Shown here one piece after another: positions 17,869-34,222 of a stretch of DNA of 64,000 nt. The stretch comes from Salpingoeca rosetta. Taxonomy: Eukaryota; Protista; Choanoflagellata. The stretch spans positions 685,523-749,522 of the forward strand of contig JAWQFM010000006.1 of NCBI GenBank assembly GCA_033442325.1, in the 5' to 3' direction. The notes beneath the pieces were generated by a model, which worked only from the letters and a program-made list of their open reading frames with translations, was not told the DNA's origin and made no database searches. How positions within the stretch are numbered: position 1 is the stretch's first letter; every line of letters begins with the position of its first letter. The translations under genes and the position numbers were made by a program.

Positions 17869-20473
17869 ATGTCTGAGCCCGCCACAACCACAACGGGCAG
17901 CGACCCGCTGCAGCTGCCATCGCCAGAGCAGCAAGATAATCAAATGGAGCAGCAACAGCAACAGCAGAAAAAAGAGGAACAGCTGCAGAACAGCACCAGC
18001 ACCGGGGCAGGAAGCGCCAAAGACCTTTCTCCGTGGAAGTCGTTTCTTGCACGGCTCGTGCGCATCCATCGTGAGGTGGTGCACCCGGACCATCTCAAGC
18101 ACTCCAAGCACAAAGAACACATTTTCCACGAGCACTCTGAAGTTTCCAGCGAGGAGCTCTTCTTCGACCTGGTGTGTGTGTGTCTGTGTTTCTGCGTGTC
18201 CGTATGTCTGTGCCTGTGTCCGTGTGTATGTCTGTGTGCGCGTGTCTGCCTGTGCGTGTGTGTGTGTGTGTGAACGAACAAATGGCGCTTGCATTCAACA
18301 GCATCCGACAGCATGCACCTGCATCCAGCTGCATCTTTGCGGTGCCTCATCTCCACCTTCACACAATAACCACCACCACAACAACAACAACAACATGTCA
18401 ACCACTGCCCACGACACCAGATTTTCGTTGCCATTGGCATTGACCTGGGGTACTTCCTCAAGGCCGACCTCACCGCACGCCGTCTCGGCGAAACCCTCGT
18501 CATCTTCGCCACAGCCTGGCTGACATGGTGAGCCATCAACACAAAGCACACACCCATCCACACCCACAAGTGATGCGCGCAACATGCACACCTGATGCAC
18601 AAAAGTGTGCGCGCAGGCATACGCACACACAAAAGCGCGCAGGCATACGCACACACGAAAGCGCGCAGGCATACGCACACACGAAAGCGCGCAGGCATAT
18701 ACACGCATACATATGCACGCGTGCACACATTCACGCACACACTCACACTCACACTCACTCACACTCACACGCACACTCACACCCTCAATCGCAACACTGC
18801 TGCAGGTTCCACACCAACATCCTCCTGACGCGCTTTCGTCTCGGACAGCCGCTGTCATCCCTGGTCTTCCTCATCATGGTGGGCACGCTTGGGCACGCCA
18901 TCCACGCGGTTGAACAGCCCAGCGTTGGCGTGGTCGAGAGCGGGTTTGGCAAGAACGACCCCATGATCTTTGGCTCCCTCTGCCTCACCCGCGTGGCCTT
19001 CCTCTGCGTGTACCTGGTGGTGGCCTGGCGCATACCGCTCGCACGCGCCATGGTGCGCAAGTACCTCATCATCTTCGCCATCAGCTCGTGCCTCTTCCTC
19101 GCCGCTGCCGCCGCCAACCACGCGACCGCAGCGATTGTGCTGTGGATCACCGCCTCCGTTGCCGAACTCATCATGTACCCGCTGGCACTGCTCACCCCGC
19201 ACGAGTACCAGCTCACCGTCAACACCGCGCACTTGCTCGAGCGCAACCAGCTCTGGGTTGTGCTCATCCTTGGCGAGTCCATCCTCTCCATTGCCTCGGC
19301 GCAGCACATGCGTGACGTTGAGTACTACGTTGTCGTCGTGTGTGCGTTTCTCCTCGTGTACTGGCTGATGAAGTTTCATCTCAAGTCCCAACACCTGCTG
19401 GACGAACGCGCGGAAGAGCATGCGCTCGACCACTCTCCGCTGCTCGCGTTTGTGTTTGACTCGCTGCATCTTGTCATCACCTCGGGCATGCTGGTGATGG
19501 CGGTTGGCATCAAGCTTGCCATCTCGTATGCGTCGCACCCGGAGGACTACAAGCGCGTGTACGCGTGGGCGCTGACGGGCCCGCTTGGCATCACCCTCTT
19601 CACCATGAACGTGTCTAGTCTGCTGCACAAGATGCGACCGCTGCAGTTGTGCGGGCGCAAGACAACGCGGGTCGACATTCTCCGAGTGGAGGCCGTGTTG
19701 AGTCTCCTCATTGTTCCGCTCGCTCTTCTCGTGGACGAGAACGACACCGCAAGCAAAGGCAAGCGCAGCCTTGCTGACGGTGGGGATGACGCTTCAATGC
19801 ACTTCGCCCCTGCCCCGGCCACCACCATGGACGCCGCCGCACTCGCTGCTGCGGCTGCTGTCGGTGACGGTGCTGGTGCTGGTGCCTACGGCGATGGTGG
19901 TGATGGTGACTATGGCTTGAACGCGGTGCCGTCCATGTTTATGAATGCCATTGCCGGTGGCGGCGGCGGTGTTGTGACGACAGTTGCCACGGCAGCCACC
20001 AACTCGACGGTAGATGGTGACACTGTGTCGCATCACCTCGACCCAGCTTCCCTCATGCCCATCCTCGCATGTAAGCACTTGCAGCGGCAACACTGGTCCT
20101 GGTGCTGGTGGTGGTGGTGCTGCTCTTCTTGACTTTCATATGCTGTTTTTTTTTCTTTTCTTTTTTCTCTGTGACACTCAACATTTCGTTTTGATGCTGC
20201 AATTTTGGTTATTGTTTGTGTGTGTGTACGTGTGTATGTGTGTGTATGTGTATGCGTGTGTGTGTGTGTACGTGTGTACGTGTGTATGTGTGTGTGCAGG
20301 TGTCCTTGGCTCGATGCTGCTGCTTGAATCGCTGCTGACGGTCGAAGAGGAGGAAGAGGAGGATTTCTTCGTCTCCCAAGGAACACAGACCGACCTCACC
20401 TCGTTCCAGTTCCAAGCGGACGAGGCAGACGGACACAGGTGATGATCGTGCCGCCTTGTGATGTGGATGCCAC

Positions 20474-20530
<57 letters not shown>

Positions 20531-23449
20531 CATCTCCCCGGTGTCCTGCCGCATGCGCTGCTACCAACGCACATACACGCGCACATTGGTTGTTGTCGAT
20601 TCTCACCGCGCTCTCTTCCCCGACCAAAACACCTCACACCCTCACAACCTTGGACAATATTGCCACCACCGACAGCCGCAGCCGCCTGCGTCATGCGCTG
20701 GATGTGCGGCGTCATCGTCCACACGACCAGCAGCAGCACCACCACCACCACGACCGCCACCACTACAGCTGGCTCCACTTCCTGCACCTCAGCCGCCACG
20801 ACTCGCGAAGCAACAGCCCAGCTGGCCACGACCACCCGCACCACCACCGCTCGAGCTGGCTCAGCTTCCTCCACCGTGGCGAGTCGCACGATGCCAGCAG
20901 CGATGGCGGTCACGACCACCATCATCACAGCTGGTGGCGGCGGCGCAGCAGGCACGCGAGCGTTGATGAAACATCAAGGCGTCATGACGCAACAACAGCC
21001 ACGTCGCAGCCAAACATCCCAGAATCCGTCAACACTTTTGGTACGTGTGTATGCTTGTGTGTGTGCATGTGTGTGTATGCATGTGTGAGTGTTGCCTTAC
21101 CTTGCACGTTGCTTCTTGCGTGCGCCAATGCCACACGATGCATCCCTCACCTAATCCTTCCCCCCCCCCCAAAAAAAATCTTTTCACCATGTCAGGAAAC
21201 GATCCCGCTGCACCAGTTGAGACACCGGGACTTCGCACCGTCACCTCCGTTCCATCCATGACCAAGGTCGGTGGCATACAGATGTCACGCCCCTCCTCAT
21301 ATTGCGGTGTGCTCCACTTTCACGGTCTTCTCTGTGGTGCTTGATTTTTCTCATGTGGTCCCAACTGGAATGCAAACGCACACATACCTTCACACAACAA
21401 CAACTTAAGCAACAACAACAACAACAACAACCAACAATCCTCCGCACATGTCCTCACTGACCATTGTGTCCCCCCCCCCCCCCCACACACACACCCCAAT
21501 TGCCCCGGCAGCTGAGCATGGAGGGCGCAACGCACACGAGCGGCAATCCGCGCCGCCGTCTCGCCCGCGCCCCGAATCTCGGCAGCGTTGCGGAGGACGT
21601 GGACAATGCGCACCTCGACACCGACGCTGCCGCTGCTGCTGTTGTAGGTGGTGGTGGTGCTCGGCGGCGTAAGCACAAGCAGCAGCAGCTTGAAGCGAGC
21701 GACGTTGTTGTTCCCCATGACGGCGACCACGGCCACGAGTATCCCCAGTATCACCCTCACCACCACCACCAGCAGGCTGCCCCTGCAGCACTTCCGCACC
21801 ACTTACGGCCGCGCCGTGGCCCGCGCCGAGCGGAGAGTGCGCCCGTGTCATCCCTGCACACGCCAACAGACGGATCGCGTACACCGCTGGCGCCGCTGCG
21901 CGAAGCAACGCCAGTCGACTTTGACTCGAGCGAACTTCGAAGCGGCCTCGTCCTCACCTTGGGCGGTGGTGACGATGATGATGATGATGATGATGGCCAG
22001 GATGGTCAGGATGGTCAGGACGGTCAGGGTGGTGGTGGTGGTGGTTATGATGGCAGCGCTACGGCAGCTGGTGCCGCAACAGATGACAACAAGGCATCTG
22101 AGGAGATGCTTGAAGTCGCCCCACACACACACGACCATGCACGCGCGCACGCCGACGCGGGAGCAAGCGGAGAGCTGACGCCGCTGCGCACAACATCACT
22201 GCTGGATATGCATGGCAGCATGCGAGCACAGCCCATGCAGTGGACAGTGCGGGAAGGGCAAGCAGGCACGCTCCGCACAGCAGGCGCTCATACGCACGCG
22301 CACGTGCGGGGGCGTGGGGGCGTTGACGGGGCTGGGGACAGCAGTGGCACGAGCCAGGAGCAGAGCATCACGCCCTCATACCGGCAGCACCAGCAGCACC
22401 AACATCATCAGCAGCAGCAGCATGTGCCAACGAGAGGGGCTGCCACCGTGGGGACAACGACACCCACGCACCCGTCGCCGCTGGCGGAGCGGTCGAGACG
22501 CGTGTACAAGAGCACGGAGGCGGTGGGCGGTGACGCACAGGGTGGCAGGGACATGCACCGCGGCCGCAAACACACGTCACACGTGCACGCTGGCGGGGGT
22601 GGTGATCTGCGCCACACGCTGAGTGCCGGTGATGTTGCACACATGCGCGGGGCACGGGCTGTCATCCTGCCCACGCCGCGGAAACACCACCATCACCACC
22701 ACCACTCGCGACGGCGCACGCAGCTGGAGCGCGAGTTTGGCGAGTCGTCGGAGGCAGTGGACTTCTTCGTTGTCGGGGACCACGAGATGCGCGTGTTGGA
22801 ATCTGCTTCCCCAACGGTGGCATCGTCCACCACCACGCTTGATGGCAACGGTGAAGGCGCTGGCAATGGCAACGGATACGCGCATGCAGTCAACGGCGGC
22901 AGCGACGCCGCTACGCTGTCGCACGTGCGGGTGGTGACACCGACAAATGGTCGGGCACCTGCACCAGCCGCGGACACTGGCGCCTTTGTGCCACTGCCCG
23001 CACCTCAGGCACAGGCACAGCAACACCCTGCGACTGTTGATCACAGCAACGGCCACGTGGGTGTGTTAACACAACCGCACAATGACGTGTCCGCGACAGC
23101 ACCACCTGAAGCGCCTGTGGCCTCGTTCCCCAGCACAGCGCCAACAGCGACACTGCCACATGTGGCAGCGGGTGACATTGCGTCGCCGCCTACTGGCGCG
23201 GTGGCAGCTGAAGGGTATGCGACAAGCACGCCCATGACTGGTGTTGGCCACTGGATGGCTGCTGATCATCACACAGCTGATGCGCACGGTGCACGTGATC
23301 ACCAACAGCAACAGCAGCAACCACACCAGCAGCAACCGCAACCACAGCAACAGCAGCAAGAGCAGCAGCAGGCTGTGCTTGTGTTGAGTGATCGCCAACA
23401 CAATACTGACAACGATGGTGGTGAAGGCGTGGACTTTGTTGTGGTGTAA
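17869..23449 (+). CDS. low temperature requirement protein A (LtrA)-family polytopic membrane protein with a long His-rich disordered C-terminal tail
   Basis: LtrA motifs EELFFDL|IFV and HLLERNQLWVVLILGESI, and roughly 10-12 hydrophobic segments. Exons at ~17869-18170, 18421-18527, 18806-20070 and 20300-20438, then low-complexity exons to TAA at 23449. The 3' exon structure is less certain. Confidence 0.8.
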
Positions 23450-23659
23450 GCACATAACTGGATTAAGAGTCGCGAGGGAGGCGGTGGGGCTGCGTTGAGT
23501 GGAGTTGCGTTGCGTGCGTGAATCAGTGAGTTAGGGTGGGGTGGGGGGAGAAGGAGGATAATAGCTGGTGGGCAGCCCACATGCCTTCAGCTTGATGTTG
23601 CTACTTTGCCTGTCTTGTTCTTGACGCAAGTTGACCTGTTTGCTAGTTCTTGCACTTGC

Positions 23660-23705
<46 letters not shown>

Positions 23706-23884
23706 CGTTCGTTCGTTGTAGCTGTTCTCGACTTGTGCTTGTGCTTGTGCTTGTTCTGAGTGCAAACCACACCATTTGCAATCGACTGTCAAGTAAGCAA
23801 GGCAGGAGCACCAACGCAAATACAACCACACAACACATATACACACACAACAAAAAAAAACAAGCAAGCACGCGCACGCACACA

Positions 23885-23974
<90 letters not shown>

Positions 23975-24086
23975 AAAAAAGCAAGCACACCCAAGCACAC
24001 GTATTGTTCGAGGCACTCCTCCCACAATCACACATTTTCTGCGCATTCATTTGCAAGACCACAACCACCAAAACAAAGCAAGGGAG

Positions 24087-26855
<2,769 letters not shown>

Positions 26856-26881
26856 TGCGGTTGCGGTTTGTGTGTGTGTGT

Positions 26882-26949
<68 letters not shown>

Positions 26950-27992
26950 ATTTGTGTGAAGCGATAATTAATCCCTGCGTCTGTGCCCCCCTCCCGCTGG
27001 TGCCTCTTCCCTGTACATGTTCGGGTATTGATGATTGAATCTGTTGCGTTGATTGCCCTCAATTGTGTGAATGACCAAACAGTGTGATCAGCTGTTTCGT
27101 GCTTGCCATCCTGTGCTTTCTGCCTCGCAACATCCTTTGTTCTGTGTTGGGTTTTAACTCTATGGCCCATTTCATGTGGCAATCCATTCATGCCATGTGT
27201 CACTTTGCTTTGTCCTCTTTCGCTTGAGTCGCATGCAAACACTAAACAACAACAACCAGCAACAACAACAACAGCAACAACAACAACCAGCAACAACAAC
27301 AACAACAACAACAACAAGAACAACAACAACAACAACTCGTACGCACGAAACGAACAAGCACACAAGTCACCACCACTGGTCTTGGTTCGTAGCACTCACG
27401 CACCTGTCAGTTGGCCGCACCAAGCAAATCCAACAGCACAACACCCAATCGTTTAATGACGAGCAGACAAGCTGCGTGCGTGATGCTATGACACGGCAAA
27501 TGGAAGTGTATGTGTGTGGAGCTACGTGTTGAGTTGTGTGCGTGTGTGCGTATCCGCGCGTGTCTGTGGGTTTCATGCATGCAGAAGAACCAGCACCAAC
27601 ATAGGGCATTCGCATCACACGCGTCACAGCAACAGCAACAGCAACAACAGATGCATGATGAAAAGGAGGAAGAGATGTGGGGAAGGACTTGCACGGCTTA
27701 CACAAGCCATGCGCGTGTGGGGCGGTGAGGAAGCGTGGAGGTCAGGAATGCATGGAAGAGGAAGAAGATGGAGGGAAGACGGGAGAAAGAAGAGAGGAAA
27801 GGAAAGGAAAGGAGGGCTTTAAGATGAAGCAACAGCAGCCAGCGCAAATAAGAGGAAAGTGGAAGAGCAAATCGATTCGAGGAATAAAGAGGTCGAGACA
27901 AGAGATCCACGCGCGCGAACACGTACACACTCGCACGGTGCGTTTTCGCGTGGGTGTGCGCTTGCATGTGCGCTTGCATGTGTACGGTTGCC

Positions 27993-28363
27993 TCAAATGG
28001 ACCTGTTCTCGATTGGTTGCACCACGTGGTTGGCGCCAAAGTTGTTGTCCCAAACCTCCTCGCCACCACTCTGTTTAACGGATGGCATGACAGCACGTAT
28101 GTGTGTGAAGGTGGGAGCCAAATCCCCGGGGGGGGGGGGGGCCGAGGTCAGCAAGCTTCAAGTACAAGCACACACACAGACACACACACAATAAGCACAA
28201 GCACACACACACACACAACACACACACACACACACACACGAACCCACACATCGAGTGTACTCACGCGCATGCAGATTGCAAACTCGAGTCGCCCGTGCTC
28301 GTTCTCGGGCAGAGGGATGCGCGTCTGATCATTTGTGCATATGTTGCGCGTGTGTGTGTGCGC

Positions 28364-28415
<52 letters not shown>

Positions 28416-29286
28416 GTGTCATGGGTATGTAAGCTGCACTAGCAAAAAGGGCCACGTTCGACTGCGTCGTTGCCACTTCTTGCAACCCTTCACGTCAAAC
28501 ATTGAACCAACGTCACGTGCACACAGACAGCAGCACTGACCCTGAAGAGCTGTGTGCTCGGCATCATGCCAAGGCAGTCGCTGCAGTGGCGGGCCTTTGC
28601 GTCGTTGTATGTTTGCCAGCTGGTGCGAGGAGGTTGGAGCCGCGGTTGATTACATGCATGCATGCATGCATGCACATGAACATAAATATGCAGGTGCAGA
28701 TGGATAACATGTGCGGGTGCACGGAAGCGCGTGGCACACACAGTAAAGAAGGGAGTTGGGTGAGATAGGTGAGTGGCGTTGTAATGCACAAGTGAGGACC
28801 AGTAAGATGCGGTTGCACGACTGACATTCACGCCATCACAACATCAACCGTTCTCCATCCAACACATGCGCTTCCTCTGCGCTCCACCGGAAGCACGCTG
28901 CACCTTTTGCTGTTGCTCACCCGTCGGTTGTGTATCGGACGAAGCAGTCAACGTCACCGCGGTCGTACACGGTGTTGGGAATGCGGATCAGCCTGCAGGC
29001 AGTCGTGATGTGAAATCGCACACGTAAAGAACACACACATACAACAAGCATGATGAGATGCAAAGGGGCTTGGTGGACATGAAAGCGGCGCAACAAAGCA
29101 AAGTGGGCGTGCATGCATGCACGCGTGCATAGCATGCGCAGAGTGCGACGCAATGTAAGAATAGTATCGCCGCGTGATGCGTCGCCTCAGGCAGCGAACA
29201 CACGCACAACACCCACGCACAACACCCACGCACAACACCCACGCACAACACCCACGCACAACACCCACGCACATCGATGCGCACAG

Positions 29287-29367
<81 letters not shown>

Positions 29368-30241
29368 CGCGAGTGCTTGCTTACACTTTGATGTCTGGGC
29401 GGCGAAAGTGAACAGTCTGGAGGGCAACGCCCTGCTTCTCTGCAGCCTGCATGAGCTCGTCGGGGGAGGCGGCAACCCTGGTCGCGAGCATCCAGTCCGG
29501 GTCCTCCCCAATCTCATCAATGTCTGCAACAGCAATGGAGGGAGTGTTAATGATGGTGTGCGTGTGTGATGAAACGGTGGAAAGGCTTGTGTGTGTATGC
29601 TCAATGAATGTGCCCACATCCATACAGCCGCGCACACACACCAACCAAGACAACACGACGAATGTTTGTGTGTGCGTGCGTGAGTTTGCGTGCATGCACG
29701 CATGGACACAACACGCATGCGTGTGTACGCGTACGTGGCTCTTCGTCGTCAGAGGTCTCGCCAATCTGCCAGTGGCGGTACTCGACGTGCTTGAAGGAGG
29801 ACGAGCGACGCTTCACAGGGATGGCCTGTGGATCCTCAGAGCCAGGATCCATCTGCACACACGAACACACACACGCACATGAACACAAGGACATGTTAGG
29901 GTATGAGGACAAACGAAACATGGTGGATGGTGGAAAGGCGTGCAAAGAAGAGAACCACGCGCACGCACACGCACGCACGCACACGCACGCACGCACAGGC
30001 ACGCAAGTACGCACACTCACAGAAACAAGACACAACAAACAAAACGTACCACCAAGTTCGTGGTCTGGTAATCCTCGGAGGTGCTCATGGTGCCTGGCTT
30101 CACGAACCGACGCGTGGGGTCTTCCGGTTCACCAGATGCAGTGGGGTCGTTTCGTTTGGAGACGTACATGCGCACGAGGACGGCAACCGCGGTGGGGATC
30201 AAGACAGCGAGCGCAGAGAGTTTCGTGAAGCGGTCCAGCAT
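27993..30241 (-). CDS. CBM21 glycogen/starch-binding protein, PP1 glycogen-targeting subunit (PPP1R3)-like, with N-terminal hydrophobic anchor; 7 exons
   Basis: Spliced CBM21 motifs: VALQTV..IK|.LIRIPN..YD..VDCFVRYTTDG|WQTYNDAKA, LEFAICM, EEVWDNNFGANHVV. RVxF-like KHVEY after KRRSSSF. N-terminus LSALAVLIPTAVAVLV. Confidence 0.75.
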
Positions 30242-31045
30242 GGAGATGTGCGCAGGGTACAGAGAGACAGAAATGAGTGGTCAAGGTCAGGAGAAAGAGG
30301 GAGATGCGCCAGACAAGTGGAGAGCGCACGCACACACCCAGCAGCTGTTTGTGGAAAAAGCACAGGTTGTGGGGGGAGGGTGGAATAGAAGTGTGAAGCA
30401 ATCGAGCTGAGAAATAGTGGAGCGAGAGCAAGTATGGGGAAAGAAGTGAAGCAATCGCCGAGATGGCCAGAGCAAGAGCAAGAGACAGTAAGTGTGTGTG
30501 CGTGCGTGAAACACCGACACAGCGGCGCAGAACGAAGTAACTGAGTGTGTGACGATGATGATGGTGATGCGAAGGGCGTAAGCAAGCAAGCAAGCGTAGG
30601 GGTGCGTGACGCAGGCGTGGCGATCAACAAGACGCAAAGGAAAGGAGAGGGAAAGGAGGGAGGGCAGGCAGACACACGCGAAATCGGGCTCGATGCGACT
30701 TGGACAACACAGGCGGCAGCGAGGGGGTGGATGTTTCACACTTACGTTGGCTGAGTGGAGACAGGTGGTGAGTGAGTGAGTGAGTGAGTGAACAATGCGT
30801 GTGTGTGGATGGAGAGTGAGAGATCGGAGGAGGCGTGCAAGCAACAAAGCGATTGCTTCTTTTCGTTCTCTTGCTTGCTTGCTTGCTTGCTCACTCTCTC
30901 ACAGTTCTGCTTTGCTGACTGAGCCTTTTCAGTTGCCGAAAAACATGTAAACTTTCATTCACATTTCCCAAAACGTGATGAAATGTGGTTGGGTGCGTTT
31001 GCGCTGTTGGTTGGTGTGTGTGTGTGTGGTGGGGGTGGGGGTGGT

Positions 31046-31140
<95 letters not shown>

Positions 31141-31453
31141 TTGGTGAGTGTGGCTGTGATATGGCACGGCTCGCCATCCCTTGGTTCACATCACTCGCTC
31201 GGCTGGTTATTGCTTGATTGTGGCGCAATGAGAGGCCATATATGATTTATGGAACAGCACGTACAACAAACACACAACGACTGCAACCAACGAAAGCAGT
31301 GATGTGATACGAAACAACACACTCATACACGCTGCTGCTGCTGCATGGCACAACCAGGCAGCCAATCGAGCAAAGCGAGCCAGTGTGCAACGTAACAACC
31401 GAGCACACTGCAAACCAAGGCAGCAAACAACAACAACAACAACAACAACAACT

Positions 31454-31493
<40 letters not shown>

Positions 31494-31525
31494 CTTAAAC
31501 AACAACAACAATCACACGAGGAGGG

Positions 31526-33958
31526 CTAGAGGAACGTCCTCTTCTTTGCCGTGTTCATGTATGGCCTATACACCCATTCTGTATCTGCATCGTCCTGATC
31601 CACCGTGCCTAGCTTGATGTGGTACACTGTCACGATGCAGCAGCGTAAGAAGGATGAGAAGGAGCAAGAGAAAAAAAAAGCAACACGGACCGCTCACACA
31701 TGCACCACGTGCACGCACATCTATCACTGCCCAACATACACACACGTACACACTTACGTTTCATCTCGAAGCGCGGCCCAATCTCTGCCAACTCAACCTC
31801 CTTGCCCTTCTTCGTGTACACGTGATGCCTGCAGGCAATCGTAAAAGAGAAGTTGGTTTGGTAAACTCGCACCAGTGAGCATCACGCGAGCGAGGACCAC
31901 TTGGCCTAACTTCACAGTGCCCGCCTTTTCAATACAGCACCACAACCTCACAGCCGCACAACACCACATTGTAGCGAAAGCATCCCACCACCGTCTCCCC
32001 ATCTCTTCTTGCGCACCTGAACGAGATGTAGTCGCTGTCGTTTGCAAATGTCATGACGCGCCGCGTGTCATCACGCGGGACCGGAAACAGAAACTTCAGG
32101 ATCGACGTCACCTGCCCACGAAATGCGCCAAATGTGTGTGCACGTGTGTGTGTGTGTGTGCACGTGTGTGTGTATGTGAGTGCACGTGTGTGCACGTGTG
32201 AGAGAGAGAGAGCTTGAGCGAGGACACGATCAACGAGGAACAAGTGCGGCAGCGTGAGAGAGTTCAACACACACACACACACACGTATAAAGGGGACAAC
32301 GCACCCGCTCGCCAAGCGGTGTGGAGAAGCCGTGGAAGATGAGGTGCGGGTTTGCCTCCGACATTTTGCCCGGGTCCTCAATATCGTGGCGCATCACCAC
32401 GTTGCTCAGCGTAAAGTATGCAGTGGGACCATATGGCATGTGCGACACAATCAGCCCATCTGTTGTGTGCGTGTGCGTGTGCGTGTGCGTGTGCGTGTGT
32501 GTGTGTGTGTGCGTGTGTGTGTGTGCGTGTGCGGGCACTCCGAGGTTCACAGCGCGCAAAGAGCCACGCCCCCCCCCACACACACACACACGCGTGCACA
32601 CGACAGTACAAGCGACATCAGCCGCAGCAGCAGCAGCACCTGGCTCGCCGCGACGCTCGTGCACGATGATGAGATCCGTCACTTCAATGTCCCGACACAC
32701 TTGCACCAGCTGTCAACATGGTGGTAGTGGTGGTGGTGAATCGGAGATGTAGATGAGAGGAGCAGGGTTTCTGATCGGCATCAAATGCTCATGCATGTGT
32801 GTGATGCAAGCGCAGGCAACGTTTCAGACACACACGCACACACGCACACACGCACGCACGCACACACACAAAAACAAACACACATATACACACGCACAAA
32901 CATGCACATATGGTGACACAAGAGCACAGAACGGACACAGTGTCCTCATGCACACGAACCTCTTTCAGGATGGTGCCACCACGGTTAAGACGCTGGGCTG
33001 TTGGAAACAGCAACTTCATCTCCTGTGTTCATTCATACAGTCGCATGTGTTTTGGTGAGTGATACAACAGCCGAGACTTGAGAGACCACAAGTACACAGC
33101 GATGGAGAATAGAGATCTGGTGATTGTTGGTGCTGCTGCTTACCTTTGTGAACTGCTTTAACCTTGCGCTGGGATCACGGGAGGTTGTGATCATGATGCG
33201 CGGATCCTCAACACCCGCCTTCCTGTACTCGTCATCGCGCACATCTGCGTAACAGCAACAAGTTCAACACAGTGAGTGAGAGTGTATGTGTGTTTGAGTG
33301 TGTGTGCGCGCGCGTGTGAGTGTGTGTGTGTGTGTGGGTGAGCGATCCTACACAACCAAATCGCAAATTGCACAGCATAACGAGCTCGAGCGTGACTGTG
33401 GACAGCAGCAACCAACCTGTCTTTTGTTGGTCATCCAAAGCAAGGAGGCGGCGAAGCTCGGGCTCCTCTCCCCGGAGTTCCGTTGGGATTGGCTTGCCAG
33501 CTACAATGCCGATTGTTGGGCAGGTGTGCACATGCATGTGTGTGGGGGGGGGGAGGTGTTTGAATGCGCGGTTTCAAACGTGGGTGAGCAAGATTGCGCG
33601 ACCACACCACAAGCATTCCACACACACAAACACACACAAAAGCACATCCACACACAGCCACACAGAGAGGCACGCATCGCACCTTCGAGGGCTGCCTTGA
33701 GCGCGCGCTTCTTCTGTTCAATCTCATGCTGCTTTGTTTGCTGAGCCCTCTTGAAGAGGTACTCTTGCCTCTCACGAATCTGTCGTCGCAGCTACAAGCA
33801 CGCACGTACACACACACACACACACAGTTGTTCACAAGCAGCAAGCAAGCAGCCACAGTATGTGAGGCGTTCAAGTGGGAGCAACACACCCACACAGACA
33901 CACACACACACACACCACGCACGAACAGCACACGCCGCAACACACACGTGCTCACCAT
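31526..33958 (-). CDS. IMP4: U3 snoRNP protein IMP4 (Brix domain)
   Basis: M|[55 protein letters not shown]|[46 protein letters not shown]. The first coding exon is only the ATG. Confidence 0.97.
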
Positions 33959-34055
33959 CTTGGCAGGGTGCAGTTGTGAAGATTTGCTGAAGATATGAAT
34001 GAATTTTCGGCAAACCTTGGCAAAGCGATACAAGCAGATCAGCAACAAGGGCAAG
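33959..34055. promoter_or_regulatory. putative bidirectional promoter between IMP4 and RRP42
   Basis: Divergent start codons only 97 bp apart, with no microsatellite in between. Confidence 0.7.
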
Positions 34056-34158
34056 ATGGCAAGCAAAGCAGAACGGCAGTTCATTGCCAATGGCATCGCA
34101 GCCAACATCCGCTGTGATGGCCGTGATCTCCTGGATCGAAGGTATGTTTGGGGTGTGT

Positions 34159-34222
<64 letters not shown>

